This document shows positions 46,443-55,071 of a stretch of 64,000 bases of DNA, one piece after another. The stretch is from a virus: positions 1 through 64,000 of the IMG/VR virus record IMGVR_UViG_3300027736_000034; one strand, 5' to 3'. The notes below the pieces were generated by a model, which was not told where the DNA came from, did not search any database, and saw only the letters and a list, made by a program, of their open reading frames with translations. The position numbers were made by a program, and so were the translations under genes. The first letter of the stretch is position 1, and each line of letters starts with the position of its first letter.

Positions 46443-46663
46443 ACAAACGAATTAAAGAACTTGAACCCCAATGTTGGGAACACAATGAATTTGGTCTTAA
46501 TTTCAATTACGAAAAGTTCGCCGAGTTGATTGTGCGGGAATGTGCTTTAGTTGCTAAAACTCTACCGCATACCCCAGAAAGACATTGGGTTCAAGATTCA
46601 GTAACGTACATACCTGTTCATTGTGAGCAGAATATACTAAAACATTTCGGAGTTAAAGAATGA
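46439..46663 (+). CDS. EKFAELI-family small protein 3
   Basis: MNKRI...EKFAELIVREC...FGVKE. Confidence 0.7.
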   Translation: MNKRIKELEPQCWEHNEFGLNFNYEKFAELIVRECALVAKTLPHTPERHWVQDSVTYIPVHCEQNILKHFGVKE

Positions 46664-47028
46664 GCAACGAAATCACTATTGAAATGCTTGACCGAAAGAT
46701 TGCATGGTGTGAGCAAAATATATTTTGGGGTAAAGGTTCCAACATACATCGTATGCAAGATTTCTATTATGAAAAGACTAGGTCTAGTGTAAAAGAAGAT
46801 TGGCCTGAAAGTTTTACATTTCAGGAACTTGCTAAGATCCTGAATGAGGAACAAGTTAGGTATAGAGTTTACTATAGCAAAGATAACCTTACTTTGCGAC
46901 TGTTTATATACCGTCCTCGCTGTACTCATGCTGAAGAAAAAAAGATGTTAGATTTGGGATTTGTTTTTGCTAGTGAAGGTGATACAGAAAACATCCCTGA
47001 TCAACCGATAGAGGAAGTTGAACAATGA
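46660..47028 (+). CDS. Hypothetical protein
   Basis: 122 aa, ATGA-coupled. Confidence 0.6.
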   Translation: MSNEITIEMLDRKIAWCEQNIFWGKGSNIHRMQDFYYEKTRSSVKEDWPESFTFQELAKILNEEQVRYRVYYSKDNLTLRLFIYRPRCTHAEEKKMLDLGFVFASEGDTENIPDQPIEEVEQ

Positions 47029-47321
47029 TTGACTACAAATTCATTGGCTGGAACAATAAAGATGGTGCAGACAAAGTTTGGGGTGCTATCTATATAGAAG
47101 ATAGAACAAACAGTCGGCCTAAAGTATTAATCTTCTGGGGACGCCGTGGCCATAAACTTCAAACCAAAATGGATCGTGAAGGATGGGACCTAGATAAATT
47201 GGTTAGGTCAAAAATAGAAAAAGGTTATAAAACAATCTATGATTATCAACTGGACAATGTTTATCCAGAATTTCTAAGTGATTTAGAAAAAACTACAATG
47301 TGGGCATTGCTTAAACTATGA
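47025..47321 (+). CDS. WGR-like domain protein
   Basis: DKVW...FWGRRG...KIEKGY. Confidence 0.6.
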   Translation: MIDYKFIGWNNKDGADKVWGAIYIEDRTNSRPKVLIFWGRRGHKLQTKMDREGWDLDKLVRSKIEKGYKTIYDYQLDNVYPEFLSDLEKTTMWALLKL

Positions 47322-47391
47322 ATGATACCCAATTCAATTGACTATATACCAAACTTAGTGTACAATAACATATCTTAACTGGAGCTATAAC

Positions 47392-47913
47392 ATGAATCTT
47401 GAACAAGTAAACAATATCTTTCAACATAAAATCACCGACGGTGGTGATTATCTTTGGGATTGCTATGGATCTAATACCCGTAGTATTGACTACACTAGCG
47501 AATATGCGTGTGGATATGTAGTATTTGATACTGACACACAAACAGTATATGAGGTGAGTGTTAGCCCAGTGGTTGGTTCTTGGAATGTTGAACCAAAGCC
47601 CTATCGTTACATTAATCCAGAACATCAGGAAGCATACAAACAAGAAGCAACCAATCGTGGCATTGATCCTAATGAAGCATGGGATGATATCAAGTGGGTT
47701 GATTTGGAAACAGAAGAAGATTTCATTGAAAAGGCAACAGCTATGTTTAATGGTGAAAAGTTTGATACTCGCATTCAAGTGCCAATTGATTTAGACAATG
47801 ATACTATGCTAAAATTAGCAATGGAAGCACATAAGCGTGATATCACATTGAACAAAATGGTTGAGGAAGTATTGCGTAATGTAATTGCTGAACATGAACT
47901 TAATATTGCTTAA
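47392..47913 (+). CDS. Hypothetical protein (possible C-terminal ribbon-helix-helix)
   Basis: 173 aa; AHKRDITLN. Confidence 0.6.
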   Translation: MNLEQVNNIFQHKITDGGDYLWDCYGSNTRSIDYTSEYACGYVVFDTDTQTVYEVSVSPVVGSWNVEPKPYRYINPEHQEAYKQEATNRGIDPNEAWDDIKWVDLETEEDFIEKATAMFNGEKFDTRIQVPIDLDNDTMLKLAMEAHKRDITLNKMVEEVLRNVIAEHELNIA

Positions 47914-48184
47914 CATTTACAATTACATCAAAGATGACTATTCAACAAACCCTCTTCGTTTTGTCGTTGAAGTTATGGCTTGGATTATTAGTGTCGGGTG
48001 TTCGGTCACAATGGCGCTCACGGTACCACAACCACCCCTTCTCATTCTTTATCCTATATGGATCACTGGTTGCGCTATGTATGCTTGGGCTAGTTATACT
48101 CGCAAGTCGTTTGGTATGATTGCCAATTATATGTTGTTAGTGACTATTGATAGTGTTGGTCTTGTTCGTATGTTAATTAATTAA
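47885..48184 (+). CDS. Membrane protein
   Basis: Three hydrophobic segments; start probably 47894. Confidence 0.6.
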   Translation: MLNMNLILLNIYNYIKDDYSTNPLRFVVEVMAWIISVGCSVTMALTVPQPPLLILYPIWITGCAMYAWASYTRKSFGMIANYMLLVTIDSVGLVRMLIN

Positions 48185-48193
48185 GGAAATATC

Positions 48194-48736
48194 ATGGGTA
48201 AAAAGAAAATTGAATCTAAAATTGAACCAAGTAAACTTGATCCTGGATGGGTTAAGACAGGTGATAACTCTTGGGTAGCAACATTACAGGAAGATCCAGA
48301 GACAGGTGATTTGATTCTTCCACTTCCGGATGACCTGATGAAATCTCAAGGATTTGAAATTGGTGATATCCTTAAATGGAAAGATAATAAAGACGGGTCA
48401 TTTAGTCTTAGAAAGAAAGCATCCGAGGAGAAACAATGGGTGTTAGTTGAAGCGGTAAGCACATTTCGTACCCGTTACATGGTTGAAGTTCCAGTTGGTA
48501 TTGATGACTATGGTAATGATAAGGTTAAATGGGCGTTGGATACTGTAACGATGGGTGAAGCAAAAGAGTTTAGTCAGGAACATCTTGGGGAACAAATTGT
48601 TAGCCATCGTGTAGTGACTAGGAAGGAAGCATTTGCCTTGTGTGATGTAGATAATGATTACGCCGATGAGTGGGAAAAAGAACTAAAAATGAAAAACTTT
48701 TTTACTACATGGGAAGAACAAAATGGAAACGATTGA
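48194..48736 (+). CDS. Hypothetical protein (N-terminal AbrB-like segment)
   Basis: GDLILPLPDD...G..IGD.L.W. Confidence 0.6.
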   Translation: MGKKKIESKIEPSKLDPGWVKTGDNSWVATLQEDPETGDLILPLPDDLMKSQGFEIGDILKWKDNKDGSFSLRKKASEEKQWVLVEAVSTFRTRYMVEVPVGIDDYGNDKVKWALDTVTMGEAKEFSQEHLGEQIVSHRVVTRKEAFALCDVDNDYADEWEKELKMKNFFTTWEEQNGND

Positions 48737-49046
48737 TGTACTAGAGAAACCTTATCACCCAACAAAAGATTGGTCTGAAAAAGAATGGGATAAGTTTAGT
48801 AACTGGTTAACTGGAATGCTTAAAATTAATGAAAGTGTTACAGTTACTTTTACTAAACAGGATGGTACTGAGCGTGTAATGAATTGTACATTGAAACCAG
48901 AATTATTACCCGAAGCAAAACCATTACAAGAAGGTAAAACACCTCGTAAAGAATCAACAACTAGTATTCGGGTGTACGATTTAGAGAAACAAGAATGGCG
49001 CAGTTTCACTACAAAAAACGTCACTAGAGTGGAATTTAGTATTTGA
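48723..49046 (+). CDS. SH3/Sm-like beta-barrel (WYL_2-like) protein
   Basis: VTFTKQDGTERVMNCTL...YDLEKQEWRSF. Confidence 0.75.
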   Translation: METIDVLEKPYHPTKDWSEKEWDKFSNWLTGMLKINESVTVTFTKQDGTERVMNCTLKPELLPEAKPLQEGKTPRKESTTSIRVYDLEKQEWRSFTTKNVTRVEFSI

Positions 49047-49078
49047 CAATAAATGGAGTATCTGCTATACTATGGGTT

Positions 49079-49231
49079 ATGAAAAAGCAAATACTCTCAT
49101 TCAAAATTGAACAGCCCAAACATCGGGCTCACCATGTGTTGTTTCAAAACAACACTCCGTTCAAGCCAAAATCCGTACAATCCAAAGTATTGTACAAACG
49201 CAAACCTAAGCATTCCAAACAGGAGTTTTGA
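49079..49231 (+). CDS. Small basic protein, ArfA-like C-terminal motif
   Basis: PFKPKSV...YKRKPKH. Confidence 0.5.
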   Translation: MKKQILSFKIEQPKHRAHHVLFQNNTPFKPKSVQSKVLYKRKPKHSKQEF

Positions 49232-49232
49232 T

Positions 49233-49436
49233 ATGAACGAATCTCTCGCCATCTTGGAAAAACTATTAAAGTCCCATGATTGGTATTTTGACTATAGTGA
49301 TGACCACTCTGTTTGGAAGAAGGGCATGACTGAACGGTCTGCTATCAATCAGGAACAGAAAAGATTGATTGATTTGGGGCTAGCCACAGTAGAAGAAGTC
49401 CAAGAATTGACACAAAAATACGCCCCCAAAACTTGA
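49233..49436 (+). CDS. Hypothetical protein
   Basis: HDWYFDYSDD; RBS AGGAG. Confidence 0.65.
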   Translation: MNESLAILEKLLKSHDWYFDYSDDHSVWKKGMTERSAINQEQKRLIDLGLATVEEVQELTQKYAPKT

Positions 49437-49491
49437 CATTAAATGGTCTTGGGTGTATACTACATATATTAACTTAAAAAGGAAAACAAAA

Positions 49492-49722
49492 ATGTCTCTT
49501 AAACTTAAAGCACTATTACAGTTGGTTGGTCTTGTAGCGTTTGCAGCAGGAGTCTCGTTGTCCATTGATTGGATCTTTGCTCATGTTCCGCGTGAAACAA
49601 TCGGCACCGCAATTGGTCTCGGGGCTATTGGTTTTATATTTTATTTGGGTTACAGTCTTTTGCTAACCCGTCTGGAATCTTTGGAAACTCTCAATAAAAT
49701 TGAGCAAGACCTGAAAAAATAA
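49492..49722 (+). CDS. Membrane protein
   Basis: Two hydrophobic segments; RBS AAGGA. Confidence 0.65.
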   Translation: MSLKLKALLQLVGLVAFAAGVSLSIDWIFAHVPRETIGTAIGLGAIGFIFYLGYSLLLTRLESLETLNKIEQDLKK

Positions 49723-49784
49723 TTTGACATTAAATGGATTTGGATATATAATAGAGTCTTAATCAGTTAACTAAAGGAGTTTTT

Positions 49785-50063
49785 ATGACTGACATTTCTG
49801 AAATCAACCGTGCTATTCTAGCAGGTAACTTTACCAATGACCAACTGACTAGCATCAGTGATGCAATTCGTTTTGCTCGTGCCCAAATCGCACAGAAAAA
49901 CAAGTACACCCTGACTGTCGGTACCAAAGTGAAATTCACTAACAGCCGCAGTGGTCAGGTAATCACAGGTGATGTACAAAAAATCAATCGCAAATTTGTT
50001 ATTGTTAAGACTGGTCCATTGAATACATGGCGTGTCCCGGCTAACATGTTGTCTGCCGCTTAA
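49785..50063 (+). CDS. Hypothetical protein
   Basis: RBS AAGGAG; 92 aa. Confidence 0.7.
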   Translation: MTDISEINRAILAGNFTNDQLTSISDAIRFARAQIAQKNKYTLTVGTKVKFTNSRSGQVITGDVQKINRKFVIVKTGPLNTWRVPANMLSAA

Positions 50064-50073
50064 GGAGTAAATC

Positions 50074-50289
50074 ATGGATAACGTTTTTGTTGTTATTGGT
50101 GCCGCAATCGCAGGTATTGCTGGTATTGTATTTCTTAGTTTTCTATTAAGTTGGCCCGTGATGTGGCTCTGGAATAACGCACTAGTTGGAGCCGTTGTCG
50201 GTGTCAACGAAGTGTCTTGGGTTCAGGCTTGGGGTATTTCTACATTGTCTGGAATCTTGTTTAAAACTAGTGTGAGTAATTCAAAATGA
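50074..50289 (+). CDS. Membrane protein
   Basis: Hydrophobic, MWLWN...ISW-type motif. Confidence 0.7.
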   Translation: MDNVFVVIGAAIAGIAGIVFLSFLLSWPVMWLWNNALVGAVVGVNEVSWVQAWGISTLSGILFKTSVSNSK

Positions 50290-50456
50290 GCAAAATGGCT
50301 GACTTGGATCTAAGTATCCGTGATATGTTGGAAGAGGGCTATAGCCCGGTCACAGTATCTGTACGATTGGGCATCCCACTGCACTTTGTGTATGACATTC
50401 TGGAAGATGACCAATATGGGGAAGATTTGAGTCCCTATAGTACAGTTAATTCATAG
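50286..50456 (+). CDS. Small hypothetical protein (56 aa, not in ORF track)
   Basis: MSKMADLDLSIRDMLEEG...; ATGA-coupled. Confidence 0.6.
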   Translation: MSKMADLDLSIRDMLEEGYSPVTVSVRLGIPLHFVYDILEDDQYGEDLSPYSTVNS

Positions 50457-50479
50457 TCAGATTATTAATGGGGTTTTAG

Positions 50480-51286
50480 ATGAGTGCAATGCCTCTTGAT
50501 TTCATAGTGTTTAAATCTTTTTGTGATAAGCACGGATATGAAGCAGTAGACCAGCGTTTGGATAAAATCCCATCTAATATCTACGCTATGCGTACCCGCA
50601 ACAAAGTAAAAGTAGAAATTAAAAAATCAAAGTCTATCACTAGTTATGTTGCTGGACAAGGTCTCAATTCTGAAAAACTTGAATTGCTTAAAACAGAATT
50701 AGAGTCGTGTGGAATGCTTATTATTAAAGCAAATGCCAAACACCTCTTGATTGAATTGCAAGATAATATACTTCAAGGATTTTTGACACTTGTAAAATAT
50801 ATTGAAGATATTGATGGAATTGTACAACGCCAAGCATACGCTAGATTGGGTGTTCAATTTAAGCCCAATGAAACTTATATTTTTATTGCTGAGACATTAC
50901 AAAATGCAATCACAAGGGGTCAGCCATGGGCTATATCACGCGGGTATGGCGGGTTCGATGCATTGGATAATGAGGTTACTATCGGATATAGTATTAAGGG
51001 ACGGCAGCAAGAATTAAATGGTAAAAATGCTTACCGTGAACATATGGTGCCGTGTGATTTGATGATGCGTGAGGCTATTAAAATGTTTAACGCAGGTTCT
51101 ACAGTAACGGAAGTGGCACTGCTTTTTCAAACTAATAATAAAATTCTCAAAATAAGTGATGATGAAGCTAATACTTTAGATAATATTTTAAGATTGCGAA
51201 CTACTATGCCGCCCGGATGGGAATTTGGAAATGATGTGTACGCTAGGATACACCATGCAGGAATTTTATTAGAAAATAACGGTTGA
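50480..51286 (+). CDS. Hypothetical protein (possible nuclease, REHMVP motif)
   Basis: 268 aa ORF. Confidence 0.55.
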   Translation: MSAMPLDFIVFKSFCDKHGYEAVDQRLDKIPSNIYAMRTRNKVKVEIKKSKSITSYVAGQGLNSEKLELLKTELESCGMLIIKANAKHLLIELQDNILQGFLTLVKYIEDIDGIVQRQAYARLGVQFKPNETYIFIAETLQNAITRGQPWAISRGYGGFDALDNEVTIGYSIKGRQQELNGKNAYREHMVPCDLMMREAIKMFNAGSTVTEVALLFQTNNKILKISDDEANTLDNILRLRTTMPPGWEFGNDVYARIHHAGILLENNG

Positions 51287-51345
51287 CAATAAATGGTTTT
51301 GGCTATATAATAGAGTCTTATTCAGTTAGTTAAAGGATTTTTAAA

Positions 51346-51630
51346 ATGTTCGCATCTACAATAGAAGCCCGTAAATTGTTGAAACTTGCTTTCAAAGCAT
51401 CCGGTGCTAATCTACCAGGAAATACTTACACCGATAAGACCACTGAGAATGACCCAACTCGCCGCACAGTTGTGTTTCCGGTTCACCCGGATCATGCTGA
51501 TGAAGTGATTCATCAAGCCCGTGATTTCTTCCAAGAAGCAGGTTTCACCAAGTCTGTTCCCAAACTTTATACTACTTTTTCTCTCTATACACACCAAACT
51601 TATGTCCGTGTCATCGCCTACAAAGGTTGA
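51346..51630 (+). CDS. Hypothetical early protein
   Basis: Own promoter and RBS. Confidence 0.65.
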   Translation: MFASTIEARKLLKLAFKASGANLPGNTYTDKTTENDPTRRTVVFPVHPDHADEVIHQARDFFQEAGFTKSVPKLYTTFSLYTHQTYVRVIAYKG

Positions 51631-51686
51631 CATTAAATGGTTTTGGGTATATAATACACTTATCAACTCGCAAAACGGAGCAAAAA

Positions 51687-51971
51687 ATGAGCAAATTTGA
51701 CACACTCGCAGCTAAGATTAAAGCAACCAGTGTTAAGCTGGAGTCTTTGAAGGCAGAATATGCGGAAGCACGGTTGGATGCATTACGGAAAGTTGAAATG
51801 ACCAAAGTGGGTGAAACGATTACATTGACTTTCAAGGGCCGTGTGTTGAAAACTACGAAGAACAAGCGTTATGGTCGCTATCGGGTTAAGGAAGGCAAGA
51901 CTACGCTGATTGACGAATACATGTTTGGTATACATGACCTGCGTTTTTTGGTCGCAACCGGCGGCATTTAA
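51687..51971 (+). CDS. Hypothetical early protein
   Basis: Own promoter, RBS GGAG. Confidence 0.65.
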   Translation: MSKFDTLAAKIKATSVKLESLKAEYAEARLDALRKVEMTKVGETITLTFKGRVLKTTKNKRYGRYRVKEGKTTLIDEYMFGIHDLRFLVATGGI

Positions 51972-52036
51972 CGGTTGACATTAAATGGTTTTGGGTATAT
52001 AATAGAGTCTTAGACAGTCAACAAACGGACTATATT

Positions 52037-52264
52037 ATGAAAGCAAAAATCCTGATTACTTCCATTGAGAACATGAGATTGTTTCAGGGTAAGTTTCCAA
52101 CAAAGCGTTGGGGCTTTTGCGAGATCGTCCGCAATGTCACTATTGAGTCCTGCCCGTTTGGCATCTATCAAGATGGCAATTATGGCTACATCAAGATCGA
52201 CGGCAAAAAAGTCCGTGTGATCAACGGTAATGGTGGTGAAACATTGTTTGAAATCAACCGTTAA
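52037..52264 (+). CDS. Hypothetical early protein
   Basis: Own promoter. Confidence 0.65.
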   Translation: MKAKILITSIENMRLFQGKFPTKRWGFCEIVRNVTIESCPFGIYQDGNYGYIKIDGKKVRVINGNGGETLFEINR

Positions 52265-52331
52265 ACGGTTGACATTAAATGGTTTTGGGTATATAATAGA
52301 GTCTTAATCAGTTAATTACAGGAGTTTACAA

Positions 52332-52745
52332 ATGGCTTATATGTCTCAGGAAAAGAAAGCAAAAATCGCCCCTAAAATCAAGGCTGTTCTCGCTAAGTAC
52401 AAGGTCAAAGGTTCGCTTGCTGTACGCAATCATAGCACCCTGGTATTGAATCTCAAGTCGGGCGCTATTGACTTTATCGCAAATTCTAATACAGTTTGTG
52501 GTAATGACTACTATCAAGCGGCTCGCGGTTTTACTCCTAATACTCGCGGCTATGATGATGTTAACCCCTATCATTTCCAAAATCATTATGACGGTGTAGC
52601 ACTGAAATTTATGAAAGAAATTTTTGTTGCAATGAACGATGGCAACTGGGACAAAAGTGACATTCAATCCGACTACTTTAACGTAGGATGGTATGTTGAT
52701 GTTAACGTAGGCAAGTGGGACAAACATTACGTGGTTGAGGCTTAA
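52332..52745 (+). CDS. Conserved early phage protein
   Basis: MAYMSQE...DKSDIQSDYFNVGWY. Confidence 0.75.
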   Translation: MAYMSQEKKAKIAPKIKAVLAKYKVKGSLAVRNHSTLVLNLKSGAIDFIANSNTVCGNDYYQAARGFTPNTRGYDDVNPYHFQNHYDGVALKFMKEIFVAMNDGNWDKSDIQSDYFNVGWYVDVNVGKWDKHYVVEA

Positions 52746-52746
52746 T

Positions 52747-52926
52747 ATGGACATCACAATGAAAGTTATCCCCAGCGTAGGAGAGGCTGGTCTTGATACA
52801 GAGGCTTCTCCGGGCAATGGTCAATACTATATCCGCCTCTATGATGGATCTGTTGATGAGTGTGGTTATGATACTATTGAAGATGCAATTTCAGAATTGG
52901 AATATATTGCAGGAGTAGAAGCATGA
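52747..52926 (+). CDS. Hypothetical protein
   Basis: RBS GAGG. Confidence 0.55.
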   Translation: MDITMKVIPSVGEAGLDTEASPGNGQYYIRLYDGSVDECGYDTIEDAISELEYIAGVEA

Positions 52927-53162
52927 ATATTGATAATGAACAACTATTGTTTTTTGATTTCTTGTCATCATTATCCGAGGACCAATTGAAAAAGTATTTT
53001 GCTATGCTTGGACCTGAAGAATCGGAATATGTTCGCCGTGTCGTGCGGAATGTTGGAACGCAATTGAATTTGGCTATTGCCGAATTACATGATGAGGTTG
53101 AGGACCTTGCTGAAGCAGGAAGTGTCCTTGATGGTTTTACTCTTTCGGGTAAAACAAAATGA
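52923..53162 (+). CDS. Hypothetical protein
   Basis: 79 aa. Confidence 0.6.
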   Translation: MNIDNEQLLFFDFLSSLSEDQLKKYFAMLGPEESEYVRRVVRNVGTQLNLAIAELHDEVEDLAEAGSVLDGFTLSGKTK

Positions 53163-53273
53163 TTTTGGTAACAATAATGGTTGACAATAATGCCAATCTG
53201 TGTTATCATTATAACAGTGCTGAGTGATATCAGTACATTTTTAAAAACTTAGCTTTATCTTAAAGGAAACAAA

Positions 53274-53663
53274 ATGGCTAAACAAACTTTCAAAGTCGCT
53301 GGTATGACTACTAACAATGGTAATACTAAGGTTCGTTTTACTGATGATATGGTTCGCCGTATCAAGCAATTCACTAAAGGCGGACACACCCGTGTTGACT
53401 TTGTTGACTTGCCCAGTGAGATGACAAAAATTGAGGCTCTCAACTATTTGGCTACACATGCCAACTTTCAATCACCCGCTGATCAGGCAACTATCGCAGA
53501 TACTCTTGCTGACAAAATGAAGGAAGCAAACAAGGGTACAGTAAAGGTTAAGGTCTCAAAGACTAAGCCTAGCATTGATGCTATCAAGTCTCGTGCTAAG
53601 AAGGCTACTAAAGAAGTTTCGGTAGAACAAGTTCTTGCCGAAGCTGGTGTAGCTGCTAAATAA
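53274..53663 (+). CDS. Conserved phage protein with basic C-terminus
   Basis: FKVAG...KVRF.DD...LPSEMTK.EA. Confidence 0.7.
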   Translation: MAKQTFKVAGMTTNNGNTKVRFTDDMVRRIKQFTKGGHTRVDFVDLPSEMTKIEALNYLATHANFQSPADQATIADTLADKMKEANKGTVKVKVSKTKPSIDAIKSRAKKATKEVSVEQVLAEAGVAAK

Positions 53664-53704
53664 AAAGAGGGGCTATATGCCCCTACTCTCAACAAAGGAA
53701 TAAT

Positions 53705-53893
53705 ATGAAACTCGCCGATAAACTTGCAAAATGTAGTGATAGCCTAACCGTCAATATGTATGACAATGGTTATATGGTTGAAGTGTCCGGAAATGATTCA
53801 GACAACGATTGGAAAACTGCAAAGATTATGTGCCAAACATTGGATCAAGTCTATGCTGTAATCGCTGAAGCCGCTGCAATGGAACGTAATTAA
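53705..53893 (+). CDS. Hypothetical protein
   Basis: YDNGYMVEVSG. Confidence 0.65.
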   Translation: MKLADKLAKCSDSLTVNMYDNGYMVEVSGNDSDNDWKTAKIMCQTLDQVYAVIAEAAAMERN

Positions 53894-53903
53894 GGATTAA
53901 TAT

Positions 53904-54137
53904 ATGTCAGTATTACACACATTCGCTCGTAAATTCAATCCTCGCAGAAACTTTGATCCATCTAAGATTGAGGACTTACGTGAATTGAAATATTTCAAAG
54001 AAAACTTGACATGGAAATCAGGTTGTCCTTTCTATCTAGAGGATCCGTTCTTGGAGATTCCTGCAATGTGTATGTCAAAGTATACTGATTATATGCTTAT
54101 GAATTTAAGTAGCCTGTCTTACGAAATTGTAGAGTAA
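53904..54137 (+). CDS. Hypothetical protein
   Basis: 77 aa. Confidence 0.6.
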   Translation: MSVLHTFARKFNPRRNFDPSKIEDLRELKYFKENLTWKSGCPFYLEDPFLEIPAMCMSKYTDYMLMNLSSLSYEIVE

Positions 54138-54153
54138 GACATTAAACACAAAG

Positions 54154-54176
54154 AAGCCCCGAAAGGGGCTTTTTTT
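54154..54176. terminator. Terminator at the convergence of + and - transcription
   Basis: AAGCCCC-GAAA-GGGGCTT-TTTTT. Confidence 0.85.
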
Positions 54177-55071
54177 AACTTAAAATTTCAACCCACTTAT
54201 CAATCACAAATTTCCAATCATAGGATTGTGCATGATCTTGTATCTCTAAACATCTTTGACGATATTTTTCAGGGTTGTCTTTGTAGTAACTTAATATCTC
54301 TACAGTCTTTTCTATAAATTCAGCATCTGGTATTGGTACCGCATGTCCGCCACTTTCCCCTACCCTGTTCCAGTGCCCAACTGGAGTACTGATAACTAAC
54401 TTACCAGCAGCACCGGCTTCTAGTACAGGTAGTCCTGCACCTTCTTGTGTACTAGCAACTAACATAGCATCTACTGATTTATAAAATCCAGGCATGGTAA
54501 TAAAAGAATTATGATATGATGCAGCCGCTTTAAGTGTCAAGCCCGCTTGCTCAACTGCAGGACCTAATAACCATGGGCGTTTTATATTTTGATGAACGCC
54601 ATAATTATTCAAACTTGTGCATCCAACTACTCTTAATGAGTCACTCGGTTTACTATTAAAACTATCAGTGTTAATTCCCAATGGTGTTACAAACGCCGGT
54701 CTAGTAATTCCTAGCTGTAAACTAACATCACTTAACCAATCACTTATAGCACCATACTTGTAAAACTTATCAAAATCATCACGACCATGATGTTCTATTA
54801 ATTCATCCATGTCTAATTGTGCATGGCTGATAATTACACATTGTCTAGGATCAAATATCTTATAATCATATCCTAACAATCTCCAACCATGCGGAGTGGT
54901 AACAATTAAATCTGTAGTATCAATTAACTCTTGCATCTCCGGCAAGGTGTAACTTTGATTCCAGGGTAGCAATTGACAGTTGAATCCATATCCCCAAAGA
55001 TACTTACATAATTCATAATGTATGGCACCAAATGCCCATTTGGGTTCTATGTAGAATACAACTTTTTTCAT
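54175..55071 (-). CDS. GT-B (family 4-like) glycosyltransferase
   Basis: [22 protein letters not shown]. Confidence 0.85.
   Translation of the reverse strand: MKKVVFYIEPKWAFGAIHYELCKYLWGYGFNCQLLPWNQSYTLPEMQELIDTTDLIVTTPHGWRLLGYDYKIFDPRQCVIISHAQLDMDELIEHHGRDDFDKFYKYGAISDWLSDVSLQLGITRPAFVTPLGINTDSFNSKPSDSLRVVGCTSLNNYGVHQNIKRPWLLGPAVEQAGLTLKAAASYHNSFITMPGFYKSVDAMLVASTQEGAGLPVLEAGAAGKLVISTPVGHWNRVGESGGHAVPIPDAEFIEKTVEILSYYKDNPEKYRQRCLEIQDHAQSYDWKFVIDKWVEILS

Larger units (their letters stand above)
44637..52310 (+). repeat. Dispersed family of near-identical early promoters TTGACA(T/A)TAAATGG(N)TATA(A/C)T
   Basis: -35 boxes at 44648, 45195, 49043, 49433, 49724, 51283, 51627, 51975, 52269. Confidence 0.9.

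Noticed and set aside
44637-52310. CRISPR array from ~35-bp repeats
   Set aside because: Repeats are promoters separated by whole genes at irregular distances; no cas genes.
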